Source: an uncultured archaeon
Lineage (GTDB): Archaea; Thermoproteota; Bathyarchaeia; Bathyarchaeales; Bathycorpusculaceae
Reading direction: 5' to 3'
DNA: 64,000 nt
Assembly: GCA_963782915.1 (NCBI GenBank)
Contig: CAWALK010000015.1
Span: 1 to 64,000 of the forward strand
Part shown: positions 8,497 to 19,156 of the stretch, piece after piece
Position numbering within the stretch: the stretch's first letter is position 1
Layout: every line of letters begins with the position of its first letter
Position numbers and translations under genes: made by a program
Notes under the pieces: model-generated
What the model was told of the DNA's origin: nothing
Databases searched by the model: none
Seen by the model: only the letters and a program-made list of their open reading frames with translations

Positions 8497-11400
8497 TTAG
8501 TGGATGTTTACGAAGATTTTTTTGCCGTCCAATTCGGATTCGTGCCATTGTGCTTCGACTTCGCTGCATTTAGCGTGCAGATACACTTTTCGGGTTCTTA
8601 CCAAGCCAGCCATCTCTTCGAGGTATGGCTCAAGCAAACCAGCGCTTTCAGCATCCAACTCAGCTATATGCACAGATTCAAGCACTTCGGTTGGGACAAA
8701 GCCCTTTTCCTTGCGCAGAGCCTGTACACGCCGTGCTAAATCGCGCATGATGCCTTCGCCGAGGAGTTTGTCGTCGCGTTGCCCGCTGATAAAGACGGTT
8801 ATGGTTTCTTCTTGGCTGTTGACCCAGTTCTCGCCGCCGATGTAATCCGGCACAGCGGTTGCGTATTCGACGGATTTAACGTTTGTTTGCTCCAGCAGCA
8901 ATGCCTCAAGAGGTTTGAGCGCATCCAGAGTTTTTTGTGGAGCGACTACGAGGGCTTTGGCTAGTGGCCAGCGGCGTTTGAGTTTGCCTTGTTGGCGTGC
9001 AGCAAACGAAATCGACACAACCTTTAGGAGCACTTCGAATTGTTCCTCGATTGTTTTGTTGCGTGCTGATTGGTTTGGTGTGGGCCAAGCGGCTAAGTTA
9101 ACGGTTTCGGGCAATTGTGGTTCTAGTTGGCGATAGATTTTCTGGTAAAGCGCTTCAGATAGGTATGGAGTGATTGGGTTGAAGAGCAACGTCACAGTTT
9201 TTAGTGCATGATGCAGCAGGGCGTAGATGGTTTGGCGACGCTCAACCGTTTCAGGGTCATCAGTCCAAAGCTCTTTGCGAATCATTGGCACATAGAGGCG
9301 GCTCAAGGTTTCAATGACGAAGTCATCGAGCACAGCTAAGGCAGCGTTGAATTCGCAGCGTTCCAACTTAGCAGTGTAATCCTCAATTCGATCCTGCAAT
9401 ACCGAGAGCATCCAGATGTCAGCGGACTGCAATTTACCCGCGTTTAGTGCCCAGTCAAAGGAGTATTTGGATGGTTTGAACTCGTCGAAAGTGGCGTTTT
9501 CCATGAAGAAACGGCTTAGATGGTAGAGCGTTGAGAGCACTTGGTAGCTTCGGCGGTTGAGTTCTTGCATGTCAAAACTCATGAAATCCACTGGTGAGCA
9601 TTTGCGGGTCATGTAGAATCGGCAGAGGTCAGCGCTGTTTTTGGCGAGCAACTCGTTGGTTTGCACGACGTTGCCTAGGCTTTTGCTCATTTTGCGGCCT
9701 TTCGAGTCCTGAGTTAAGCCTTGGAATAGGAATGATTTGTATGGTGCTTCAGCTTTGCCAGAGTAGATTACCCATTCGAGCAGTAGCGAATTTGCCCAGC
9801 CACGAGTTTGGTCGATACCTTCAGTTAAGAAAGCTGTTGGCACATACTTTTCTTCTTCTTCGTCGCTGAATCTTGCATGCGGTGAAGCGCCACTGTTATG
9901 CCAAGTATCCAACACGAAGTCTTCTCGGTGCATCGTGCCCTCGCATTTATCGCATTTAATGGTGATTCTGTCAACCCAAGGCTTATGCAACTCGAAGTCG
10001 GCTGGAATCTCTTCTTGGGCTGCTTCTATGAGTTCTTTTTTGCTTGCGACTAAGCGTTTGTTGTTGCATTTCTCGCAGGTCCACATCGGCAATGGTGTGC
10101 CCCAGATGCGTTCTCGGCTGATACACCAGGGTTTGCCTTCTTTTAGGAATCCTAAGAAGCGGTTTTTGGGTTCCTCATAGAAGTACTCCACTTTATTGGC
10201 TGCTTCCAACACTTTTTGGTTGATTTTGTCTGTGCGCAAGAAGTATTCTTTGCGTGCGAGCCAGACGAGTTTGTGGTGGCTGCGCCAGCACGTTGGATAC
10301 TCATGCTTTAATTTCTTGATTTTGACAAATGCGTTGCGGCTGCGGAGTTCCTCCACAACCAGCATGTCGGCGTCTCTTGCGAATACGCCTGTGAAGATGC
10401 CTGCGTCGTCGGTGAATTTGACTTCGTCATCGAAGGGTACATAGATGGGGACTCCTCTGCGGTGTGCTGCCCAGAAGTCGTCTTCGCCGTTGCCGGGTGA
10501 GAGGTGGACTACTCCTGTGGCTGTGTTGACGTCGACGAAGTCTTCGCCGATAACATGGTGCACAAGCGGATGTTTGGTTTCATTTTCGGCTTGTTTGGGG
10601 ATTATGTCTTTGAGTGGGTAATCGTATGCTTTGCCCTCTAAGCTGCTGCCGGGCATCGTTTCTAGGATTTGGTAATCTTTAATGTCCAATTCAGCCATCA
10701 AGGCTTCGACGCGTTGGCGGACCATTATCCAGATTTCGTCGCCGACTTTAACTTTGGCATACTCAGCTTTTGGCTGCACCGCAAGCATAGTATCAGTGAT
10801 GACTGTAAAAGGCATGGTTGTCCAGACCAAGAAGTACTCGTTTTGGGTGCCTGTGGCTTTGAATTTGAAGTACATTGAGGGGTCTTCGACTTCTTTGTAG
10901 CTTCCCTCATAACCTACTTCGGCGCTGCTTAAGCTGGTTTGGCATCCGGGACAATAAGCCACGACATAGTGGCCTTCTTCTAAGAGGTTTTGGTCCCAGG
11001 CCCGTTTGAGGATTTGCCATTCCCGCTCGATATAGGCGTCTTTGTAGGTCCAATAAGCTTTATCTTGGTTAATGGCGATGCCGAGTTTGCCGTCGGCTTC
11101 CAGCCACATTACGTGGTAGCGCATGATGGCTTTTTTGCATTCTTCGATGAAGCGTTCCATGCCGTATTTTTCGATGGATTCCCGCTTATTACGAACGCCT
11201 AGAAGCTTTTCTACTTCGAGTTCGACTGGTAAGCCTTGACAGTCCCATCCTGCCCAAAACGGCATATAGTAACCTTCCATGGTTTTCCATCGGTAACGGA
11301 TGTCTTTCATGATGCGTCCGCGTGCATGGCCGATGTGTGGGATACCGTTTAGTGTGGGTGGTCCTTCGACATAGCCGAGGTTGCCTTTGATAGTTGGGTG

Positions 11401-11531
11401 AAGTTTGCTAGTTGCTCGAGTTTTTCGCGGATTTGGTTTTTTGTCCAGAATTCGCGAATTTCTTTTTCTAGTTCGAGCGGTGTATAATTCGGTGGCAAAC
11501 TGTTTGGGTTAGCTGTGTTTTGGGCAGTCAA
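8497..11531 (-). CDS. ileS: Isoleucine--tRNA ligase (frameshifted near 11350-11400, probable sequencing error)
   Basis: GWDCQGLPVE, LVWTTMPFT, WCISRERIWG, EGIDQTRGW and KMSKS motifs; the HIGH motif lies at about 11325-11340. Confidence 0.95.
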
Positions 11532-11948
11532 AGTAATTACCGTGAGGCAAAATACGTTAAAAGACTATATAAGATTAACAACAACCAAAAAGCGCAGGTA
11601 AACAGTCATACAACTGCCTTGTCAAGTCTCAAGCGTATTTAGTTACTCGAAAAATATTAGCCACTAATTTAGGCCCAACAAACGCAGACTAGAACAGATT
11701 TTCATCGCATCCATTAGGCGACAGCAAATTGAGACATGCATCTATCAGTTAGAGCGCCTTTTATCGGCGAAATGCTGTTGCTACCACTGAAACCCTCCTC
11801 TACAGTTGCAGTCTTGCGGAAAATTAAAGTCGCCATACCCACATAAAAAGCGGCATCTAAAAAAGCATTTAACTAAAGAAAGGCTGGAAAACAAACATGC
11901 AAAGAAAAAGAGGTTGCTTCTCTTTTTGGCTTGTAAGCCATTTTATTT

Positions 11949-12455
11949 TTAAGGCGCGGGAGTTGGTGTTGCTGTTGGGGTTGGAGTCGGCGTAGGATCG
12001 GTTGATGCTATGGTGCCTTGGATTAGTGTTTCTGTGAAGTATGAACCTTGAGTTGTTGAGATAACTACAACGACAGGTCGACCAATGTCGTTTGCAGTGA
12101 TTAGATTATCGGTTAAATCCACGGTTAATATTGAAGATGCTCCTTTAGCAAGGCCCACTGTTATATCAGGTGAGCTTGTGAAAGTGGTAAATTTGTCTCC
12201 TCTTACCGTTATCTGTGCAACTCGAATATCGGTGGGACCTGTATTTGTTATGCTGATTTGTGCTTGCACCAAACCGACAGTTGTTGATCCGACGAAGAGG
12301 CTTTCTTTTTGAACTTGATTGGTGGTGACGTTAACCGCAAACAGAACCACTGTGGTTGATAGGACGACTGCAGCTGCCAAAATGATTAGGTTGCCCACTG
12401 GTGCACCCAAGCCGCGTTTGTTGTTAAAGAATCTGCGTAAGGCTAAGTGCTTCAT
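11949..12455 (-). CDS. Archaellin/type IV pilin-like protein with class III signal peptide
   Basis: NKRG|LGAPVGNLIILAAAVVLSTTVVLFA; beta-rich domain with ITNTG; C-terminal PT tail. Confidence 0.7.
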   Translation of the reverse strand: MKHLALRRFFNNKRGLGAPVGNLIILAAAVVLSTTVVLFAVNVTTNQVQKESLFVGSTTVGLVQAQISITNTGPTDIRVAQITVRGDKFTTFTSSPDITVGLAKGASSILTVDLTDNLITANDIGRPVVVVISTTQGSYFTETLIQGTIASTDPTPTPTPTATPTPAP

Positions 12456-12688
12456 TGGGACTCCACCTCTGCCAATTCATCTGGTGCATTGATTATTGCT
12501 TTAAGTTTTACGTCATCCCGAGTAATCTTCAGATAAGTCAAAGATTTGCATTGGTAGATAACATTTGAACCGTTACGGCCGTTAATGTATTTTAATAAAT
12601 TTAAATACTGTTTTTCAGTACCCTTGAGTACTAACCCAATGTAGACATAAGGTTCGCTTGAGCCTGATTTAATTTCTTCTTGATTCAT
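12452..12688 (-). CDS. Hypothetical protein, overlapping the pilin-like gene start
   Basis: 78-aa ORF with a 4-bp overlap with the downstream gene. Confidence 0.65.
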   Translation of the reverse strand: MNQEEIKSGSSEPYVYIGLVLKGTEKQYLNLLKYINGRNGSNVIYQCKSLTYLKITRDDVKLKAIINAPDELAEVESQ

Positions 12689-12844
12689 ATCTAATCACTC
12701 ATTCATTTCATCGCTTTGCAGCGAAGCAAGTAGTATACAATATATTGAGTCTTAATAAACATTATTGGTCTTGGTTGGAAAAACAGATTACAGATAACTA
12801 TTCCACATAACCCTAAAAAACCGTCAAAATAAACCTAAAAACTG

Positions 12845-13345
12845 CTACGGCATTTTAACAAGCACAACCTCACCGGGCGCAAACCAAATATCGCCATAAA
12901 ACCTAAAAATACCGCCATCCAAACAAGTGCCATAACCCCATAAAACCTATCTGCCTAAACCCTGCCTTACCTAAGAGTTGCAAGTGCCCCGCTATTATGC
13001 CGTTGGGTCGAAGCAAAAACCGCACTTGCACCGCGGCTCCTCAGGCAATCAATACTCTTTTCTGTGAGGCTCAAAGCAACTCCTCTATGCCGATGGGTCT
13101 GGATCAACCGCTATCCATAGAATGCAACCGTACTTGGCCGCGTCTATGTTGAATTCGATGAGTTTAGTGAACCCTGCCACTTTGCCCTCGACTGGGGCTA
13201 CAAGTACTAACGCATCGGGATCGGATGCGCTGTGCCACGCGAAGTAGCGGTAGAACCGTGGAAAAGATTGGTCTATGATTTCTTTAAGTTTTGGCAAATC
13301 AGCCATGGTAGTTGCTCTAATCTTGGGTTCTGACAAGAAGGTCAT
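12845..13345 (-). CDS. GNAT family N-acetyltransferase (frameshifted)
   Basis: IRATTMADL...WIAVDP continues in shifted frames as HRHRGVA...STQRHNSGALA...AGF, with a stop at 12845. Confidence 0.75.
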
Positions 13346-13393
13346 TTAGATATTACAAAGAAAGGGTTAAAGAGGTTTAACAAAAAAAAATCG

Positions 13394-14492
13394 TTAAACT
13401 GGTGCTGCAGGTGGCGGAGGCGGGTTTTCCTCGGGTTTTTTGCGGGAGAAAATTAGGCTGGTGGATTTAACGATTTGCGGTACCCCCACGAGGTCTTGGA
13501 TGATTAGTATTCCGCGGGCTAGGATGGCAAATGCGCCGGCTGTTGCCAGAGGTACTCCAAGCAACCCGAGAATGCCTATGATTCCGAATTCTTGCACCCC
13601 AATGCCTGCTGGCGTAATTGGAACAAACGCTAAAGCGGTTACTAATGGGTGAATTAGGAAGTATGCATACCAGGGTATGTAGTCGATTCCTAATGCGAAA
13701 CCTAAGAAGTACCATTCGAAGCCTTTGAGGATCCAGCATATCATTGTTAAAGCAATGATTTCTGGAATTGCACGTTGAGTGCTATGGGCGCTTTCTTTGT
13801 ATTCTTCAAGTTTACCCATTATGCCGCCTGTGAATCTTTTCAGGTACCGCGAGTTTGCTATGCGATCAAATACTCCGATGGCTCTCTGTGACCAAGTAAA
13901 AGCTGCAAGAACGATTGCGCCTACAAGCATCAATGCTATGCCTAAACCTGCGATTAATATGCCGATGTTTACGCCTGCGATGGTTTGGGGGAACATTTCG
14001 TTCCATGTTGCCACGGGAACCGTTTGAACCAGAAATATTACTGCGCCTAATCCGCCCACTACTTTGACGAGGAACTCGATTGTTTGTATTCCAAGAATCG
14101 AGGATAAGTCCCTTGGATGTGGGAACGTTCTGGTCTTTGAGGTATACTGGTGTTACTATGTAGCCTGATCGTCCAGGAGTAACGTCGCTTGTTAACATGC
14201 CTGCGTATTGGGCTAGAAGGGTTTTTCCAAAAGTGGTTTTGACGCCATCTTTGGCAAGAACACGTCTTAATCGGATAGTGAAGAAAACGTTGATGCCAAA
14301 ATACATCACGAACGCCAAAATCAACCACTCAACCCTGATGGTAAGCAATGCTTCATAGAGTGAGCCTATGCCAACGTACCAGAGCAGTGCACCAAAGATA
14401 GCAACCATGGCAATGATTTGTACGGCGTATTTTAGAAATCGCTTTGACGAGCTTTGTGGTTTGGGCTGATTTTGCATTGAAGTATCTGACAT
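13394..14492 (-). CDS. Lysylphosphatidylglycerol synthase TM / UPF0104 flippase-like protein (frameshift ~14100)
   Basis: SDVTPGRSG and VPITPAGIGVQE motifs, multiple TM segments. Confidence 0.85.
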
Positions 14493-14570
14493 AATGTTAG
14501 GAATCGACTTTGAAAGTTAAATGGATTGCGGATATTCCTCGATTTATTAAAAAAGTAAAATTGCGAACCA

Positions 14571-14837
14571 TTATACGGTTTTTTTGTTAGTTGCCGCTCT
14601 GGTTCTTGCTGGTTCTGTTTTTCTCTTTATGTGGGTGTGGCGATTTTTAATTTTCCACAAGATTGCTTGAGGGGCAAGCTCCTTTTTGTCACTGCAACGT
14701 TTCCCAGCGCCTATTTCGGTGTGGGATAAGCGATTTCCTCCACACGCCCTACATGCTTCCATGTTGAATGGGGCTGGATGTGGATGTGAAGGCATGTTAA
14801 GCTCACTTTTTTTCCACAATCCACTAGCTGTTGCCAT
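14571..14837 (-). CDS. Hypothetical protein
   Basis: 88-aa basic ORF with CxxC; no family recognised. Confidence 0.35.
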   Translation of the reverse strand: MATASGLWKKSELNMPSHPHPAPFNMEACRACGGNRLSHTEIGAGKRCSDKKELAPQAILWKIKNRHTHIKRKTEPARTRAATNKKTV

Positions 14838-15028
14838 TTTATCCTATTCTCGAGGTATCACTACTAAACAGGGTTCAGACCCCATGTCAGCGGTCACATG
14901 AATCGGCAACGCCACCTCCAGAAGAAATCGTGTATAAACTTATTTGGTGGCGGAAAGTCATTATGAATAGTTATTAGTTGGATAAGTCTTATATCGTACT
15001 TAATTTCATCTTACATTCAATGATAGAT

Positions 15029-15238
15029 ATGGCTAAAGTAAAACTGTCATCCAAGTTTCAGATTGTCATCCCTGCGGAAATCAGGGATAAAATGGATTTG
15101 AAATCAGGTGACGAGATAGTCATGATAGAAACCGCGGGGGTAATCCATTTAATTCCCCAAAAGCCCATAAAGCAAATGCGTGGTTTCGTCAAAGGCGGAG
15201 ATACTCAAAACATACGAGAGGAAGAGGAACGCTTTTGA
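15029..15238 (+). CDS. vapB: AbrB/MazE/SpoVT family antitoxin (VapB-like)
   Basis: VKLSSKFQIVIPAEIRDKMDLKSGD swapped-hairpin motif; overlaps the PIN gene. Confidence 0.9.
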   Translation: MAKVKLSSKFQIVIPAEIRDKMDLKSGDEIVMIETAGVIHLIPQKPIKQMRGFVKGGDTQNIREEEERF

Positions 15239-15618
15239 TTTTAATCGATTCATACGGCTGGTTAGAATATTTTCTTGATGGGTCTTTATCAGAGAAATAT
15301 GCCAAAGAGGTAGAACAGGCAAACGACAAAGATTATGTAACCCCAACAGTCGTCGTGTACGAAGTGTATAAACGAATCCGAAGCATCCAAGGCGAGCAAA
15401 GCGCACTAGAAGCCTACGCCCAAATAGCACGCACAAAAATCGTTGAATTAACGTCTCAGATTGCGTTAGAAGCAGCGGAAATTAGCTTATCCAAAAACTT
15501 AGGAATGGCTGATGCGCTAATCCTTGCAACGGCACGGGCATTTAAGGCTGAAATACTAACAAGTGATAAGCATCTTAAAGATTTTAAAGAAACCAGATTC
15601 ATCGAAAATACTCAATAA
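15235..15618 (+). CDS. vapC: PIN-domain toxin
   Basis: LIDSYGWLE...VVYE...MADALILATA...TSDKHL. Confidence 0.9.
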   Translation: MILIDSYGWLEYFLDGSLSEKYAKEVEQANDKDYVTPTVVVYEVYKRIRSIQGEQSALEAYAQIARTKIVELTSQIALEAAEISLSKNLGMADALILATARAFKAEILTSDKHLKDFKETRFIENTQ

Positions 15619-15752
15619 CTATTCTTTTGACATAAAGGCTAAGACTGGCTCTGGTCCTATGTCAGTCATCGCATAAACCTCCGATGCGATGTATTCTCAA
15701 TTTTGAGGAAGCAGGTTGTGGGTACAACAATTAAGAGCTGCATCCATCGTGT

Positions 15753-15935
15753 TTAGGGTCGTACGCATTCGGCTTTTGGTCGGTACGGGCGTTTGGTTGT
15801 TCTTCGTCTGTGGTGATAATCGCATTCAGCTACACGCATTAGCATCCAGCCTTGGTCTTTGTAGACGCAGCCGCAGGGTAACTTGACCTCTTTTGGAGCT
15901 TGTACTGCCTGTGATGTCTTTTTGGGTTCCGCCAT
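15753..15935 (-). CDS. Small Cys/His-rich basic protein (putative Zn-binding)
   Basis: LPCGC...ECDYHH, Arg-rich tail, 60 aa. Confidence 0.55.
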   Translation of the reverse strand: MAEPKKTSQAVQAPKEVKLPCGCVYKDQGWMLMRVAECDYHHRRRTTKRPYRPKAECVRP

Positions 15936-16029
15936 TGCTGATGCCTATATTTTCATTGATGAATTGGCGTATTAAGTTACCTTTTACAAAATTGAGTTAA
16001 AACAAAAAGGAGAGGGGGGTTGCTTAACT

Positions 16030-16821
16030 TTACAGGTTTGCTGCGACAGTGGAGATGTCTGCGATGTCTACGCGGTAGTTGTTGTTGAAGTCCATGCTTG
16101 CATCGAAGTTGCCCCAACCTGGCATGTTGCCGTAGCATTTAGCTATGGTTTTTACGTCGGTATGGGTTACTGCGCTGTTGGTTGAGTCATCGGTCATTTT
16201 GAAGGGGTTGAACCATGACCGTGTTATTTGGCGGTAGACTGAACCTGATAGTTGATCGATGCCGTTTATGTTGAGTGTGAATTGGTTGCCGTTGACTGAT
16301 AATTCGCCATAGGCTTTCGAGGGTGTGGTATCTTGGTCTCTGTGAACGTGGGTGATGGTGCCGTTTTCATCAGTGTTTACTGTGGTTGTGGCGGTTATTT
16401 TTGCAAGGTTCCATGTTCCGTTTAGGAAATAGCTGTTGGTTGCGGAGTCAGCGTTTAGTGTGGATACTGATCCGTTGGTTAATCTTGCAACATAGTAGGT
16501 GTAGGTAAAGTTTTCTTTTGTTCGTAGTGATTGGATGGCTCTTGAGGTGTTTGTTGTCCACATGGCCGTTGCAGAGGTCAACTGTTTATTGCCTGAGGAT
16601 TCATGTGTTGATGTTCTTGCTTGTGTTTGAAGTTGTCCTCTAACATCTTCTGTGCCCCATTGGCTAATATTGCCGTTCAATCGGACCCAACTTGCCTGAG
16701 TTAATCTATTGGAGATGTTCTCGATGATGGATGGCCGTGCTGCGGCGAATTCGATTGCTAATGCTAAGCTGCTTACTAAGAGAATGCTGATGACTGCGAA
16801 GATTACGATTTTTTTATTCAT
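16030..16821 (-). CDS. Secreted protein with C-terminal dockerin-like domain
   Basis: Signal peptide. C-terminus VTHTDVKTIAKCYG...WGNFDASMDFNNNYRVDIADISTVAANL resembles the duplicated dockerin Ca-loop/helix. Confidence 0.7.
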   Translation of the reverse strand: MNKKIVIFAVISILLVSSLALAIEFAAARPSIIENISNRLTQASWVRLNGNISQWGTEDVRGQLQTQARTSTHESSGNKQLTSATAMWTTNTSRAIQSLRTKENFTYTYYVARLTNGSVSTLNADSATNSYFLNGTWNLAKITATTTVNTDENGTITHVHRDQDTTPSKAYGELSVNGNQFTLNINGIDQLSGSVYRQITRSWFNPFKMTDDSTNSAVTHTDVKTIAKCYGNMPGWGNFDASMDFNNNYRVDIADISTVAANL

Positions 16822-17121
16822 AGTTAGTCACTTTTCGCTGAAAACCTCTGCGTTAAAAGAAAATAAAAGCGTTTCTAAGCCCTGATTTGTGAAATGGGTT
16901 GTGTGATGGTTCATTTTTGTTCATTAACGTTCAATCAAGTCGATAATGGATAAGCGTCTGTATTGCGGGTTTATTGGCGCTTAATTGCCATTAATTTCGA
17001 CTCCCTAAACCTTAACGCTTGCTCCATTGAGTATCAGCTGCTAAATAATGTGCGGGAGCAAAAATGTGTGCACTTCTGGTACTTTTAAATATGGTCACAA
17101 CATTCATAGACAAGACAATAG

Positions 17122-18045
17122 ATGAATAACCACCGCCTAACCGTGTGCTTCACAGTTGCAGTGGCACTCATACTGCTTGTTCCAGCTTATCCAGCGCAAT
17201 CCCAAACCTATTGCGTATACAACGTCCATGTAAGAAGTGACGGCTCAGCAGCATGGACCGTAACCCAGTTTTCAAGCGCCAATGCAACCGTCGAGTCATG
17301 GGAGAGTTTTCAGCAGAAAATCTTCGGCCTCGTCGATTCAGCATCAGCCATCACCCATCGAGCCATGGATATCGACGAAGCCTCTTTGCAGATTAACACA
17401 ACTCTGTCATTGGAATCTAAAACAACCGAATACACCTTTGTCTGGCGAAACTTTAGCACTGTAGGCAACGAAATATCGTTTGGCGATGTATTTGCGGTCA
17501 ATAATTTCTTTGGGCAACTCTTCGGGGATGCAGCACTTCAAGTGAGCTATCCGCAAGATTTTATGGTAAAGTCGGTTTATCCCCCGCCATATGAACGCCA
17601 AGACGAATTGCATACGCTAAAATGGGCAAGAACTCAGGATTTGGCAGGTGGTAACACACGCATCGTTTTGATGCCTGATGAGACTGTTATAAGTAACACT
17701 GTTCCAAGGCAGACTGACTTCATAGTTATAGCGCTTTTAGCGGTGGGGATTTCAGTTCCCCTCCTGGGCTTCTATACTTTTAAGAAACGAAGAAGTACTG
17801 ACAAAGCGGCCACGCTTACAGTGCCAGAAGTATCCGTAATTGAGACAGAGGAAGACAAAATCCTAAAACTCCTAAAAACCTCAGGCGGCACCATGCGCCA
17901 ATCAGACATAACCGAACGGTTAGGATTTTCCAAGGCAAAAACAAGCCAACTCTTAACTGCACTTGAAGGCAAGGGAAAACTGGCAAGGTATAAGAAGGGC
18001 AGAGACAAAATAGTGACATTAAACGGAAGGGAGACTAAGCCATGA
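17122..18045 (+). CDS. Membrane-anchored winged-HTH transcriptional regulator with extracellular N-terminal domain
   Basis: Signal peptide, extracellular beta-domain, TM segment FIVIALLAVGISVPLLGFY, and C-terminal EEDKILKLL...MRQSDITERLGFSKAKTSQLLTALEGKG. Confidence 0.85.
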   Translation: MNNHRLTVCFTVAVALILLVPAYPAQSQTYCVYNVHVRSDGSAAWTVTQFSSANATVESWESFQQKIFGLVDSASAITHRAMDIDEASLQINTTLSLESKTTEYTFVWRNFSTVGNEISFGDVFAVNNFFGQLFGDAALQVSYPQDFMVKSVYPPPYERQDELHTLKWARTQDLAGGNTRIVLMPDETVISNTVPRQTDFIVIALLAVGISVPLLGFYTFKKRRSTDKAATLTVPEVSVIETEEDKILKLLKTSGGTMRQSDITERLGFSKAKTSQLLTALEGKGKLARYKKGRDKIVTLNGRETKP

Positions 18046-18702
18046 TTAACCTGACTAAACAGGGTAAAATTGCCATATTTTCGATTTTAGTATTCAGTTT
18101 ACTTTCACCATGCTTGGTTTATGCTGCTTCGGCTCAAGGCACAACTCTTAGCGCACAAGCAAGCACAAATCAGCCCAAAATAGGCGAAACATTAACGGTC
18201 ACCATCAAAATCTCCAACGCCGCAGACTTATACGGATTAGATGTTACATTGAGCTGGAACGCCTCGGTTCTCAAAGCAGTCAGCGCAACCAACATTTTAG
18301 GCGTAGAATCCCATTCTGACGGCGTTTTGCATGAATCCTCAAGTTACCCAATCGAAGTTGAAGACGACACCATCTCCACTGGTCAATACCATTTGCTCGC
18401 TACTTCGACGGGTTCATCTACTGCTTCGTTTAATGGTGCAGGAACCATCGCGACGGTTGAATTCAACGTAACAGGGACAGGCGCTACTGGTTTAGCTTTG
18501 GATGCTAGAGTTGTCAGTCCGCGGTTCCGATGGAGAAGTCAGTTTAGCTACACCGTCAACTAATGTTGATTCAGCTATTGCTGTGCCAGAATTCCCAACG
18601 ACTGCACTTGTGGTAGGTCTTATTGTTGCTGTTGGGGCTTCAGTGATTGTTGCCACAAAACTGCATAAATCTAAAGCTAATCTGGCAAAGAATCCTATCT
18701 AA
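18042..18702 (+). CDS. Cohesin-domain protein with PEF-CTERM sorting signal (frameshift ~18505)
   Basis: GETLTVTIKISNAADLYGLDVTLSWNASVL...GAGTIATVEFNV; C-terminal VPEFPT-TM-KLHK. Confidence 0.75.
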
Positions 18703-18749
18703 GCTTTTTTGCTTGGTAGATAAGAGCTTTTGTTGTTGCTTTTTTTCTA

Positions 18750-18855
18750 TATTGGTTGTTGCTGTGGACCTCTCTTATTTCAACAACAACCAACGCGTTT
18801 GCGGGTGATTGCGTTTTTAGCTTCAGCGTCCGAGTTAGGTTGCTGGCTGGTTGTG
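18750..18855 (-). repeat. Dispersed intergenic repeat, family B, copy 2
   Basis: CACAACCAGCCAGCAAC (17 nt identical to the copy at 34970) and hairpin GGTTGTTGTTG...CAGCAACAACC. Confidence 0.6.
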
Positions 18856-18889
18856 CAATAAACCGCAAACAGCTCAAAGAAAAACGAGG

Positions 18890-19040
18890 TCTTTTGCTCT
18901 CAAGAGGTACCCCCTCCCTTATTTATAGACACACAACTGCCTAGCTGGGTGCTTGGGGATTGTATGGGTGCAAGTCTTTCTGTTTGGGCAGCTATGGGTT
19001 TGTTGGGTTATAGGGCGGTTTTGTTTGCAGTTGTTTTCGG
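18890..19040 (-). repeat. Dispersed intergenic repeat, family A, partial copy
   Basis: Reverse complement CTATAAATAAGGGAGGGGGTACC...GAGAGCAAAA, preceded by an A/C-rich spacer similar to that of the 47.5 kb copy (GCC-CTATAA-CCCAACAA). Confidence 0.65.
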
Positions 19041-19156
19041 ACTAGAATGGTTTTGCAATTAAAACGTGCATTTCCGAACAAAAACTAACTCCACATCAAC
19101 GCACCTGGTTTACATTGAGGCGACAAAATAAGTGGCCTAAAGTTTTTTCCAAGCAA

